In this document: positions 51,463 through 64,000 of the stretch, piece by piece
Numbering within the stretch: the first letter of the stretch is position 1
Layout of the letters: each line of letters begins with the position of its first letter
Assembly (NCBI GenBank): GCA_013239625.1
Contig: MU054187.1
Coordinates: 19,274,711-19,338,710, forward strand
DNA: 64,000 bases
Direction: 5' to 3'
From: Lama guanicoe
Lineage: Eukaryota
The notes under the pieces: model-generated
Seen by the model: the letters and a program-made list of their open reading frames with translations, nothing else
The model's database searches: none
Told to the model about the DNA's origin: nothing
Program-made: the position numbers and the translations under genes

Positions 51463-54400
51463 ATTTCCCTGCTTCTTATTGACTTAAAACCAAAGGTGTA
51501 TTAACATACAGTCCACGTAACTATAAAAAAGAGGATACTTCTCAATTCTGTTGGGTTTCACCACTGATCAGATTCATTTCTCGTAATACCTTTTGGGATT
51601 CTTGGATATCCTTGTCTGCTGATGGTATTTCTTTCTGGCTTCTCAGTGCTGCTGTGGATTTGTGAATTTCCTCATTTCATTCTTTTTTTAAAATTTCAGT
51701 AGCTTTCTAAAATGCAAAAATAATCACTTGACTCCCCTACTTAAACGCTTTCAATAATACCCTGATGCTTGGTGGGAGTTAAGGGTTGGGTTTTGTCTCC
51801 TAAAATATATGTTGTATGATATGAGAATTATAACTCAAAACGGCTGTTTTTTTAAAAAAAAGGCATGATTCATTTAATGCATTCAAGTCCATAAGCATCA
51901 CTGCTAAAACCAGTCAACTCTTTAGTAGCCAAATGTCCACACAGATGAACAAAATAAACCTTCTGTTCTAATAAAATAGAGAACAAACACAAAGCCACAG
52001 CCTGAAATGTTTCCAGCATCCTACAGAAAATGTGACAGACAACAGGGCATTTCACATCAGGCCATCCACTCGGACCGTCCCAAAGCCTAGCTGTGGTGGC
52101 CTCAGCAGGTCTCAGAACTTCCCTCGTGCCATAAAGAATCCAATTCTCTCTTTGTTTTATGTCACTAGAGATACACTTAGTTCAATAAACATGAGAGCTA
52201 AGAGAGAAGAAAGTAAAAATGTTAAATTGATAGCCAAAAAATGAACTCTTGAAATCTATCGAGTTTTAGTAGTGGAGGGAAGAGCAGATGATGGTGAACC
52301 AGCCACCTCTGTGCTCAGTCAAGGCAGTAGCATTTGCCAGGGTTTCAGGCAAAGGAACATGACTTCTTCAACACCTGCCAAGCTGTTCCGTAAGTCTTCT
52401 GAATAAACGAGGCCAAGGAACGACTGCAAGTAGACATTTTGGTGCTTATTTATACACTGTTTTGTATTTATCAGCTATCATACGAACGCCTGTCACTTCT
52501 CCCAAAGGAAACCATAATTCCCTCGAATACAGGGAAGGCGGCTAACGGGTTTTCTCCTCCCACCACTCCATTCTCAAAGCATTCAGCAAAGAGTTTAAAC
52601 TGCTTTCTGCAGTACAGGATACACCCATCTTAGAGTCTCACAGCACTAAATAGATTTTTTTTTTCCTTTATAGAAACATTGTTTTGGAGCAAACATGACA
52701 TAATGCATGGAAAAACAAAATCTACGTAATAAAGCATTTCATAATTAATTGTTTTCCGTTCTTTGAAGCCCCATTTCCAAGGACTTTATTTTGGAGAAAC
52801 GTATACTATAATCATGGAAACAATAGAAAAAGCCTGCAAAATCAGTGAGCTGCTGGCTCCTGAATGTATCAGAGCCTGGCTCCGCGAACAGGGTTCCACT
52901 GGGACCCAGACTGACACATACTATGAACTTCAGCTTTGAAAACTGTCTCAGAATAAAATCTTTTTTAAAGGTAACCTTTTAATGGAACCACAGATGAGAA
53001 AGGGGGGGATCACTTCTCTCTGCAATATGTCCTTACGTAGGTCACACACTCCAAAAAAAGTGACAGACTCTTTGTTATTGAAATCTGATAAGTCACCTAG
53101 TTCAATATAGACTTAAAAGCCTGTAGTTAAATGTAATTAGCCAAGATAAATTATACAGAAACCACACAAATATATGAAAACATTCTCAGAGTTCAATGTG
53201 CTAGGATGCAATAAACAACAACAAAAAAAACCCACCTCTCTTACACATTCAGAAAGAAATACTCAAGTGTCCCACTTCTGAAAGCTCCTTAGGTAAGGAG
53301 GGAGCTCCCCAGTTCCCGGGGTGGGAACTTCCCGGACCCCTGCACCCTGACCGCCAGCCTCCCCCCTTTCCGACACAAACTCACCTTCCCTGGTCTTCGC
53401 TGGCACTACTCCTGCTGGAATGTTCCACCCTCCCTCGTCTCCCCTTATCTCTAAGTCCTGATCATCTTTCTTAGTCAGGCTTGCTCTTTCCTTCTGACCT
53501 TACTTTTTGCCCAGTTCATGTGACATCGAATATTACCTCACCTGTCTTGTAAAGGGGGTGTGTGTAGCAAATCCTTTCTCCCCCCTGGATCAAGCAGTTC
53601 ACGTAGTCCACTGACCGCTTCTGGCTCTCACCACCTCCTCATTCACTCCACTGACGGCGAGGGAGGTGGAGTGACTCATCTAATGGGTGATTCCTGAAGC
53701 ATAAACTAGGTACCCTGGGCAGAGCCCCTCCCTTCTTCCTTTGTGGATGGAGCTGCCCTCTGGGAATTTTCCTCTGACTCTCCAGGCTGTAATTTGAGTT
53801 GATCCTTTTGGCCCACAGGCCTGACCCAGCCGCTCTGGGGTTGCACATCAGTACAGTCAATAAACCCTGCCCTCCAACCTGGCCTTTACCAGTAATAATG
53901 ATGATATTTGAATCTTATCAGCCAATTATTTTATCCTCCCTCTTAATTTTTTTCAGCACTTGGAAGGGTCTCGGGACTGTGGTTTTCATCAAAGACTCCC
54001 ACATCGTTCATATATGTAAGTATTCATACATTGATTAGATGACTTTCAAAACTGATGTGAGATTGTGTCCCACCTCCCTGCCCAGATATAACTGTGGCTT
54101 TTGTTTCATAGATCTTTGCTACCCAGGGCTGCACCATAACGCCCAATGTACAGTAAGAATAAACTCAGAGAGGCTCAATCATGAATACATCATTTAATTC
54201 AAGATATATATAGAGAGAAGATTAAAAACAAAACTTAGGACCACGACACCTGTCATTCCAGCTAATGGTTATGACTTTATTAATGCATTTTTGGTATCAC
54301 TTATCAGTAGTGTTAGCATAAAGTTAATATAGGCAGGGTGAGCATAAAATTAATATATGCTACACACTGTGATCCTGCAGTCAATTTAATTGCACATTGA

Positions 54401-54900
54401 GCGGCAAGAAGAGAGAATAAAAGATAAAGCATATACTGATTGATTTTCTTCATCAAAAGCCACAAGATCCCATTTCAACAAAACCCGTCATTAAATTTCC
54501 AGCATATCTGAGAGTGAGTTTTCTGTGATATATATCTGAATCTAATTTCCAATGCAATGACGGCAATCTATCATAAGCCAAGTTCTCATTTACCCACATC
54601 TTAAACTTTCATATTATAGGTTCCATTTTCCTTTGCTCACTCTTACATAAAAAAGCTTCGCATGTATTTAAAAAGCTATTAATGTGCAATGAGGCTGAGA
54701 AACAATGATTTAGTTGTCTAAGTATATGTTTTTGAGTGTCCTCCCACCCATGAAACAACAAAAGTAGATTAAATACATAAAGGATTTATAATTACATCAA
54801 AACAAATGCAGTGTTTTAAAAAACCTTAGCGGTCAATACGATAAAACACTCATTTCTCTTCCACTTTGGTTTCAGCACATTTTTTTTGAGTTTCCAAGCC

Positions 54901-55040
54901 TTTTTATTTTTTTATTTTTAAAATTTTGGGGGGGGAGGAGTAATTAGGTTTTATTTATTTTTTTAGTGGAGGTGCTTGGGACTGAACCCAGGACCTTGTG
55001 CATGTTAGGCATCACTCTACCACTAGGCTATACCCTCCCC
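54901..55040 (-). mobile_element. Vic-1-type SINE (long form)
   Basis: tRNA-like head on minus strand; TSD-like ttccaagccttttt/ttccaagtcttttt. Confidence 0.88.
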
Positions 55041-55061
55041 TAATTCCAAGTCTTTTTACCT

Positions 55062-55243
55062 ATTAATTTATTTTTAATTGAACTATAGTCAACTGGCAAT
55101 ATTATATTAGTTTCAGGTGTACAACATTGATTTGATATTTTTTATAGATTGTATTCTGTATAAAGTTATTTTAAAATATTGGCTATATTCACTCTGCTCT
55201 ACCTTATATCCTTGTATCTTATTTACTTTATACCTAGTAGTTT
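55062..55243 (-). mobile_element. L1 3'-end fragment (older)
   Basis: tttaattgaactatagtcaac...tagtttcaggtgtacaaca...ttatacctagtagttt. Confidence 0.75.
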
Positions 55244-55334
55244 AAACATGATCTTTTTTTAACTTAAATATTCATTTATTGAATGCTGACTGGACGCCAG
55301 TACTATCTAGTATATGGTACCTATAAGCAGTACA

Positions 55335-55545
55335 TAGCAACACGATAATAATTCTAGAAATGATTGCTTGTATAAGCCCTTTCCAGTTTTCAAAGATGTC
55401 ACCCATTTTTCCTTTGACTCTCACAGTCTCCTATTAAACCAACAGAGCAAATATTGTCATGCTCACTTTACAAATGGGGAAACTGAGGCTCAGAGAGGCC
55501 TTGTGAACTGGAAGGGCTGGTACTACATCCAGACTGCTGACTCCA
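55335..55545 (-). mobile_element. MIR
   Basis: cactttacaaatggggaaactgaggctcagagagg...ctgactccaagg. Confidence 0.75.
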
Positions 55546-56141
55546 AGGAGTTAATCAGTCATTTGGAGATTCAATAAACAGTTATTTAGCACCTACTATG
55601 CAGCAAACCCTGTGCTGCAGCTTGGGATAGAGATGGTCCCTGCCCTCCTGGTCTCTCCCAGGTCATCCTATTTGACATAGGACCAGTCATCAATATGCAC
55701 ATGGTATGTGCAATATATTATTTTTATTTTACTTGTGGATAAAAACCAAGATAAATTTGCCAATATTTGTCCTGTAAAAACAAACTATGGAAGACTTCCT
55801 TAAAATTAGTACAGCTTAATCATTTACTCTAGAAATGAAGAACATGTTTGGTAGTTACTGCTCAATGCTCCAATTAGAATGATAGTGTTTCAATTAAAAT
55901 TGAGACTCCAAATTAAAAATACCCTTTGGCATTTTTCAATGAAACATTTAATCTTCTATCAAATGAATGAGAATTTAATCATATAAATTAGCCTACCTCA
56001 TTCATGTACCAAAATGTCAGAATTTATCTCATGAGACAAACCTAGGCATAAATATTCACAGGAACAGTGAGGAGAATATTGCTGGAGAAGACCCTTTATG
56101 AAATTCAGTTTTGAGTTTCTCTGCAGCTCTCAAGCCATGAA

Positions 56142-56541
56142 TTTTTTTAATTGTTCTTTTTTATTGAAGGGTAGTTGATTTATAATGTTAATTTCATCTG
56201 TACAGCAAAGCGATTCAGTTATACATATACATACATATTTTTTTCAGATTTTTTCCTATTACAGCTCACTACAAGAAATTGAATATAGTTCCCTGTGCTA
56301 TACAGTAGACCCTTGTTGTTTATCTATTTTATATATAGTAATGTGTATCTGTTAATCCCAAACTCCCAATCTATCCCTCCCTCCCTTTCTCCCCTGGCAA
56401 CTAGTTTGTTTCCTACGTCCATGAGTCTATTTCTGGTTTGTACATAAAATTTGTATTTTTTTTTTAGATTTCACATATAAGTGACATTATATGGTATTTG
56501 TCTTTCTCTCTCTGACTTATTTCACTTAATATGATCACCTC
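56142..56541 (-). mobile_element. L1 3' end
   Basis: ttattgaagggtagttgatttata...gaatatagttccctgtgctatacag...tgacttatttcacttaatatgat. Confidence 0.9.
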
Positions 56542-57080
56542 TCATACGAGGTTGCTCCTTTGTAAGTGCAGTTGTCATAAAATGCCATAAAACATGAGAG
56601 GGAAGATCCACATTTAGTCCTGAAATGAAAAGGCATGAAACCCACGTCACTTTTTATCCATCTTTACCCATAAGTTAACCAGTAGTAAAGACATTTACAT
56701 GTAAGACAGATTTCCTTCCAGGTAGGAAAACAGACAGACAGACAAGCAAATGTGATGTGGAGGACGCCAGCAAACAGGATGTAGAGAAACCCAGTGAGGC
56801 AACAAAAGAAGAGTAGGCGCTGAAGTCAATCAGCCAGTGAGCTGATTCCACCATAACCTCATAACCTCAGTCTCTCTGACAGGCAGGAGGAACATGGCAG
56901 AACATATGCTCATTACAAATGAAATACAAACCCACCACTTCACGCCCCCAAGAGTTATGCATCTTCTGGAATTAAACAAGGAGAGTGTCACAGCACATCT
57001 TAGTTCTCCATCTTCTTCCTCCACTCCTCCTTCCTCTAAAGGACTGGAACTTGATATTTGTCTCACAATGAGATAAAGTG

Positions 57081-57104
57081 TATATATATATATATATATA
57101 TATA
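57081..57104. repeat. (TA)n microsatellite
   Basis: Uninterrupted TA run. Confidence 0.95.
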
Positions 57105-60084
57105 TTTTAAAAATCTCTTAATCAATGCAGCTTTATTTCTCATGTAGTGTATATTTCTGTGTCAATCTGTCATCTGTCTCTGGGTAAATAACTGTGATGC
57201 CAGCTCTATCACGTGCCCAAGTTCAGTGTTATCCACGGCACCTGAAGGCACTGCCTTATTAGAGTCCTGTTAGATTCGATAAAAGGAAATAGAAAAATGA
57301 GGGCACAGAGAAGCCCGAATTTATATAAATCACTGTCAGGTGCCCTTTAAAAATGACAAGCTTTTGTAAACCATCAGGTCCCTAATTGCCACATAAATTA
57401 CTATAGAATGATACATCGACTTATGCTTTTTTTCATTTGTGTGGGATTAATTAAAAATCTAAATCTTCTGTTCAAACTTCCTACCTTTTCTGGCTTACCA
57501 TACACACACAAGAGTTTGGACACCCAGGAAGAAAAAAAGAAAAACAGTTGAAGAGGCCTGAATTACAAACAAATTCTATGCCAAAAATTCATCTTCAAGT
57601 CTGTTGTTAGGAACACTGAATCTTTAGAATGAGTAAATCAAGGTAATTACATTTGAAGACAAATAGGCTGCAATAATTTTTATAAAGTTAACTTTGGGGA
57701 AAGTGAAGAAACCGATGAACTGATGAACATTAAAAACCAGAAATGGACCCAACATTGTAAATTGACTGTACTTTAATAAAAATACATTTAAAAAAGCACC
57801 AATTTATTGTATTCTGGTCTCCTTGAGCTTTAATTTTATAGAATCATTAACCAAGTTGCCATCAGTGAAGAAATGCTGTTCTGTATCACTTTCTATTACT
57901 CTCTCAAATATGCATTTCCATGCTCCCAAACAGCCTGCATGTGTCATTTAAAAAGACAGAAACTATTATATACTTTTATATCCTTAGTCACTTCCTCATT
58001 TTTAAGGCAAGTGGTTTCCATATGTTCATTTTTTTTTAAAAGTGCCATTATGAATGGGTGCACAGTGACTTTCACACATTTTTCTCCATGATACGAAGTC
58101 ATGATCTCACATGACAGAAATACAGCATCGGAGAAGAGCCATTTATTTATCAAGATTGAGATGAAACTTCCTTCAGTCAGTTAAGGAGTGCGAGTGAGTG
58201 ACAAGGACGACATCAGAAAACTGAACGGAGATGCTGAACAATTAACGGGCACAAAAGCCACAAACGCAGTGCTGATTATTATTATTACAACATCCACCGC
58301 CACCGCAGTGCCCTGAGCATGGACCACCTGCCAGGTGCTCTGCAAACATCATTCCTATCCTTTACAACTTTTACAAAGCAGAGATCATTATTCCCAGTTT
58401 AAATCTGAAGAGGGGTTACGGGACTCATCTCAGGCTACACAATCTCCACTAGAGCCGCACTCCGAAACATCTCCATCTCTCTGTTCTGCCCCCAGCTGCC
58501 TAGTTCTTAGAAAAAGATCACTGGGTGGGGCGATCAGCCTGCTACAACCTATTCACTGAAGACTTGAAGTGATTTTTATGGGAGACTTTGTAGCGAGACT
58601 TTCCGTGCCATCCTCCAGCTTAGGTGGGAGTCTGCTGTAGGGGGGACCCTGACTTCAGCAGATGGACCAGTGACACAGTGAAGCCGCCACAGTAGCATCT
58701 CTGCTGCAAGACGTTACATGACCAACAGGGCACGGGACAACCTTTTAGCTTAACGTCCTTAACCACGTGCTCTTTTTCTCTAAATATTTCAGCTATTTTG
58801 AAGTCTGATGGTTGATGACATTTTTCTCCGAATCAGAGAGTAAAATCATCCTTAATTTGACAGTAATTGAGCTACACCATTTCTTCACATGTCTGATCAA
58901 AATATAGCTTAGAAAGTCTACAGACAATGAGAAATTTAGGAAGTATTTAGAGAAGCTTATTAATGTATTACATAATCATTAACCAAAGGAAAAAAGATTC
59001 ATCTTTAATATCACGGTTGAGCACGGGGAACTATTACTCTTGGAATTATTTTGTGTAAACAAGCCCAAATCCTTGTTACACAAAGGCTAATGTCTTTGCT
59101 CAGAGGATTAGAATTAATTTACGACCCCTGCTTGTGACTTAAATGCTGTAAACATCTCTGTTGTTCTTGGAAACAAAGGCTGCTCCTGCATAATTTTTCA
59201 AACAGAGAAACTGAAATGAAAGTACTATGAAAATAATTACTGGCTCAAACAAACGCCGCCGAGATCAAAAGTGCTACGATCCTGAGTGGGTATTTATCAT
59301 CCCCACTAATCCTTTTGTATTTCAAAGTTTATTTATTTTTACTATGCTCTTCACCAGTTATTGCAGCATTCATTTTAAATTCATAAAAGATAACACAGAG
59401 TTCATAATATCATAAGCTTTAAAATAATATTCAAGTAATACTGAAGAGGATGGAAATTCACTTGTTAACTGAATACGTTCCTTGGATGAGCCAGAAAAAA
59501 ATAATCTAATGTTTGGAGTTCTAATTCCTCACACCCCAGCCAACGAGGCCCTGCATGCTAAACAGAGGTTTAAATTAAAAACATTCATGATAAGTAGTTT
59601 TAAAGTGGCAACTCAATAAATCAAACAATAATGCTCTCTTCAGTGTATTGTGTATTTTACTAATAAAAGTACACATTTTACAATATTCCGACCTCCTAGC
59701 ATTCCTAAATGCTCACTTCGGAGGCAGTGTCTGAAGCTGAGACCTGGCCTGTGTCTCCCTGGCTTACTTGATGAAGATGTACCACTAGTTATTTCTCATG
59801 GAATACATTTTACAGCAACTTCTAAAGGACTTTAAAAGGAATTTCTGATTTCTAACTGCGGTTGGGGCCTGAGACTACAAGAATGATAAAGCATTGGTTA
59901 CTTAAAAGTCTAGAATACTGTCTTCAAGGCACTCATGTATTTGGATGGTCAATGGACAATGGACAGGCCTTGGTGACAGATCAGGCACGAGAAATATGAA
60001 GGACAGAAGCACCTCGGGCAGATGGTGGTGCCATGAACTAGGATAGGCAATCTGCAGGAACTGAGGAGGGCGGGAAATACAGCA

Positions 60085-60222
60085 CTCACTTCTGCCCCTG
60101 CAGCGGAAAAGCAGCCCAAAGCAACCGCTAAAGAATGAGGGTGCCTATGTTCCAATCCAACTTTATTTACCAAAACAGAGGCCAGAATGCATTTGGACTG
60201 CAGGTCACAATGGACCAAGCCC
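60085..60222. mobile_element. MER58A-like DNA transposon remnant
   Basis: ctgcccctgcagcggaaaagcagcc...tgttccaatccaactttatttaccaaaacagagg...atttggactgcaggtcaca. Confidence 0.7.
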
Positions 60223-60364
60223 CAAGTTCAATGACAAATGAAGTCCTGGGAATGGATGAGGCCATTAGCAGGACATGAAATTTGAAAACATGTAACTCTG
60301 AATTTCTGAAATTTTTCATGAAAAAATGCTTACGGTTGCGTAAGGATATATACTATGTACAAGG

Positions 60365-60795
60365 CTTGTGGCCAGCTAGATGGGTCCAAACCCTGGCTCT
60401 GGTTCACGCTGTGTGTGAAACTGGGCAAGTTATTTAACCTTTGAAAGCCTTAGTTCCCTTGACTGCAAAATGAGGATAATGATTAAAAACCGCAAATACT
60501 AGGCATGGAGCTAAAGAATATAGTAATATTTGTAAATAATCCTCAGAATCAAGTACTATTCTCTTCCCCTTTTATAAGGGTACTTAGCACAGAGGGGCTA
60601 AAAAACACTCCTAAGGGACTCAGCTGGTAAGTGGGGATAGAGGTCGGACTCCAGCCCAGGCAGCTGACTCCCGCTCTTAATCTTACACACACCACAAAAG
60701 GGCACGACGAGGATTAGAGGAGAGAAAGTGAAGCCCTTTATCACTGTGCTTGGTGTGCACAAAGAACCTTGTGAGTGGCGGTCATTTTTATTACT
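60365..60795. mobile_element. Nested MIR pair (plus-strand MIR split by a minus-strand MIR)
   Basis: Plus MIR 60365-60485 (ctgggcaagttatttaacc...aaaatgaggataat), minus MIR about 60495-60688, plus MIR 3' part about 60690-60795 (gaggattaga...cactgtgcttgg). Confidence 0.6.
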
Positions 60796-61620
60796 ACAAT
60801 CCTGAGTGAGGTTAACAAACTAAGGACACAAAGATGACTTAGATAAAGTCAGTCTTGTCCAAGTCACTTACCATCACTAAATTTCTTCTACCAACTTTGT
60901 CAAGGCCCCCAGATCAACTCCATTGTTAATTTTCAGGTTGCCTTTCCCTTGAGGACGGGGTGCTGGGAAAGGAACTAGTTACCAGCTTTCACTACCCCTT
61001 GCCAGACATTTCTGCTGTTTGTTTTTACCAAGCATTCCTGGTCAAGTCTGGATTATTCTTCTTAGTGTATATACATAGAAACTTCCAGAAGGATGGTTTC
61101 TTTTCCTTGTGTTCCAACCTGCTGCAAGGATCTACAGGTCCCTATTTGGGGTCCATGGTAGATCATGTTTTAACAAACATTTAACCTTGGTGGAAACTAG
61201 GATGGGTTAGGATTCAGAAAAAAAGGAGCTTTCATAAAGACACCTTTGACCAGCCAACTCCTACTTATACACTGAAGCCCAGCTCAAATCCTCCCTCCTC
61301 TGCAGGATTCCCTGACTCCTTCTGCTCCATTTCTCTCAGAAGTTTCTGATATCTCTCTTAGGGTAATAACCACTGTCAACAGTTTATTTTGTAACTTCTG
61401 CTGGATAAGGAATTCCTTCCCGGATGAGACTAGAGTTATTTCTATTTCTTTTCTTGATATGTGGAACGATGCCTAGCATAGAGATTTACATATATGAAAG
61501 GACAAGAGTACAATAAAAGACATTTACCCCAAAAGAAAAAAGAATTTAAGTATAAGTAAAAATAATGAACTTTCAATATTCTATTTCACCAGTGATACTA
61601 TTTTTCCAAACATTTTTGAA

Positions 61621-61914
61621 AATGGTTACCAAAGGGGAAAGAGGTGGGAGGAAAGGATAAAGTAGGAGTTTACAATTAACAGTTTGCACACTACAATATA
61701 TACAACAGATAAGCAACAAGGACCGACTGTATAGCACAGGGACCTATATTCAGTATCTTGTAATAACCTATAATGGAAAAGAATCTGAAAAAGAAGATAT
61801 AAATATATATACATACACATATATACATATGTGTATATTTATAACCAAATCACTTTCCTGTACATATGAAACTAACAAAACATTGTAAATCAACTACACT
61901 TCAATTAGAAAAAG
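61621..61914 (+). mobile_element. L1 3' end (first of a tandem pair)
   Basis: atggttaccaaaggggaaag...caactacacttcaattagaaaaa. Confidence 0.9.
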
Positions 61915-61924
61915 TTTAACCAAA

Positions 61925-62350
61925 CAGACGACTGGATGAAGAAGATGTGGTGTACATATACAACAGAATATTACTCAGCCATAAAAAAGAATGAAATAAT
62001 GCTATTTGCAGCAGCATGAATGGATCTGGAGATGATGATACTAAGTGAAGTAAGTCAGACAGAGAAAGACAAATATCATGTGATATCACTTATATGTGGA
62101 ATCTAAAAAAAAATGATACAAATTCATTTATAAACCAAAAACAGACTCATGGACATAGGAAATAAACTATGGTTACTAAAGGGGAAAGGGCAGGAAGGGA
62201 TAAATTCAGGGTTGGGGATTAACAGACACACGCTACTGTATATAAAATATGTAAACAAGGATCTACTGTATAGCACAGAGAACTATATTCAATTTCGTAT
62301 AACAACATATAATGGAAAAGTATCTGAAAAGAAAATACACACAATAAATA
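61925..62350 (+). mobile_element. L1 3' region (second of the pair, lacks the last ~70-100 nt)
   Basis: gactggatgaagaagatgtgg...tattactcagccataaaaaagaatgaaataatg...ggaaaagtatctgaaaag. Confidence 0.9.
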
Positions 62351-63714
62351 CCCCAATATCTGAGCATTGCTGAAATACTTGAGTATTAGTTGTTATTTTT
62401 AAATTAATCTGTAGAGTTAACTCTGTAATAGGTCAAAGGACACAGCAATACCAGAATGTTTTTTTTACAGGTTGATTTTTATTTTTAGGTAAATCATAGC
62501 AAGTTTATGGCAAAATTAAAAAAACAACTGAGAATTTCTGCTATTCCATTCATAGGCTATAATCCATCTTTTATAAATGAAAGATGTTTTAGTATCTCTT
62601 GGGAGAGAAACCTACTCTTTCCAGAGCAAAATAAATTTCTCTCAAGGATTGGATTTTGAGAAACTCTGCAGCATTCACAATAGGCTTTTGCTACGTCCCC
62701 CTGCTAATTTAATTTTCTGCCTTTTCTCTGTTAATAGTCAGGACCAATTTGGAATACTTTCTCCATATTATTGAAAATCAGTGGGCAGGAGTGTCATTAA
62801 CGCTTTCAGGCCACTAACGTACAAGAAGTTATTACTTCAAAGTGTAAAAAATGGTTGAAAATGAGTTGACTTTCCTAAATTAGGAAGTTAAGCTTCAAAG
62901 GCCTGAAATTCAAAAATTGTTTTTCTGTTTACCTGAAACTGTCCGATAAATGTACCTTTGATGACTAGAGAACCCATATTTCCTTGGTTAACTTGACATG
63001 AGGGCCCCACAAAAGTGTAGCTTCTTTGCTCCCTGAAGGGATAACCTGATTCATACACATTTCAATTTGTATCCGTCTTGCATAAATGAAGCCACCTTGT
63101 AGAAAAGACTGATTCATTATCATGTAAAATACAGCCATTAGTAGAAACTCCAGCAACCACATTCCCAGACATAATAAGATCAGACTCTCAGGCTTCTGGG
63201 TTGGGGCTGCAGAATGAGAGGTGGAGTGTTTCTTAAAAAAAAAAAAAGCCTTCCTTCTGAAGGAGGTATTCATGGGGTAAATTAAAGGAATTTTAAAATT
63301 TCTTTAAAAAAGGAAGCTACAACAAGCCATTCTCTGAGTCTACCATCCAAGCAGAAAATTCTATCCAGTTGACCCTTAATGTGAACAGTGTTGTATAGGT
63401 AATTCTTAAAATGTGGATCTGTTTCTCTCTCAAAACCTTTGATGAGCTATCTTGTGGCTGGATATTTGATAGGAATCACTTGCCTCCAATGCTTATTCAC
63501 TTAACAGACAGGAGATGTGTTACCACTGAGCCTGCCAATCAGATGGCAACACTGGGAAGTAAATGACAGAAGTGCAGAGCATGAAGTACCATGGAGCCCG
63601 TGGCGAGGGGAGGAGACAGCGAGGCCTGATTCCAGGCAGTGCTGACGAAGTGGCCTCAGAGATGGGAAGAGGGGAAGATCCCAGGAAGAGAGCAGGCGAA
63701 TGGGGAGAACCTTC

Positions 63715-63970
63715 CAGTGCTTATTAAATGCCTGGCGCCGTTTTAGGCACTGAGGATACAAGGTGAACAAAGCAGGTCTCAGGTAACTTCCAGTAGGTGA
63801 AGACTGACAAAGGACACATTAACACTGAAATATCAGATAAGGAAAGTAAATTAGGAAGGTAAAGGGGAAAGGAGTGACAGAGTGTCATGAGTGATCATGG
63901 CTGCTTGGGAAAGTCCTTTCTGAGAAGGTAAAATTTAAGTTGAGATCTGAATGACAAGAAAGAACCATCC
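63715..63970 (-). mobile_element. L2 3' end
   Basis: tttaggcactgaggatacaaggtgaacaaagcag...gggaaagtcctttctgagaaggtaaaatttaagttgagatctgaatgac. Confidence 0.75.
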
Positions 63971-64000
63971 TCTGTTCTTTCAACTTAAAATACTGTCTCT

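Noticed and set aside
359..62350. Antisense orientation bias of intronic L1s
   Set aside because: Plus- and minus-strand L1 fragments are about equal in number here.
62933..62991. Possible further PAG1 5'UTR exon (donor CAG|GTAAAC)
   Set aside because: Acceptor is a weak AAG with a poor pyrimidine tract; no independent support.
63533..63552. CTCF-like GCCAATCAGATGGCAAC
   Set aside because: Mismatches at two core positions.
19..63770. The 60-160 aa ORFs in the supplied track
   Set aside because: None resembles a protein I recognise except the part of 3247-3441 overlapping the PAG1 exon; many lie in repeats and their sizes fit chance.
1..64000. A novel multi-gene or prokaryotic-type system (CRISPR array, operon, defence island)
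   Set aside because: Sequence is mammalian intron plus repeats; no regularly spaced repeat-spacer array and no ORF over 160 aa.

Overview
Mammalian genomic DNA, most likely from a camelid (six tRNA-Ala-derived SINEs matching the camelid Vic-1 type). The whole window appears to lie inside PAG1 (Cbp, the Csk-binding transmembrane adaptor) on the minus strand. It holds the first coding exon (5091-5300, ATG at 5215) and the 52-nt second coding exon (3346-3397); together they encode [59 protein letters not shown] (short ectodomain, TM helix, CxxC palmitoylation motif). A 95-nt non-coding exon with textbook splice signals lies at 37286-37380. The remaining coding exons lie beyond position 1 and the main promoter probably beyond 64000. 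The rest is intron rich in interspersed repeats (L1 3' ends, old L1M, L2, L3/CR1, MIR, MLT1 LTRs, MER3/MER5/MER58). No prokaryotic features and no convincing novel biological system were found. The best leads are regulatory: an in-frame uORF and an overlapping near-cognate ORF at the PAG1 start, an intronic CpG micro-island with YY1/ETS/CCAAT motifs, two strong CTCF motifs, and a perfect 16-bp hairpin. Repeat family names and borders are by-eye matches to remembered consensus sequences and are approximate.
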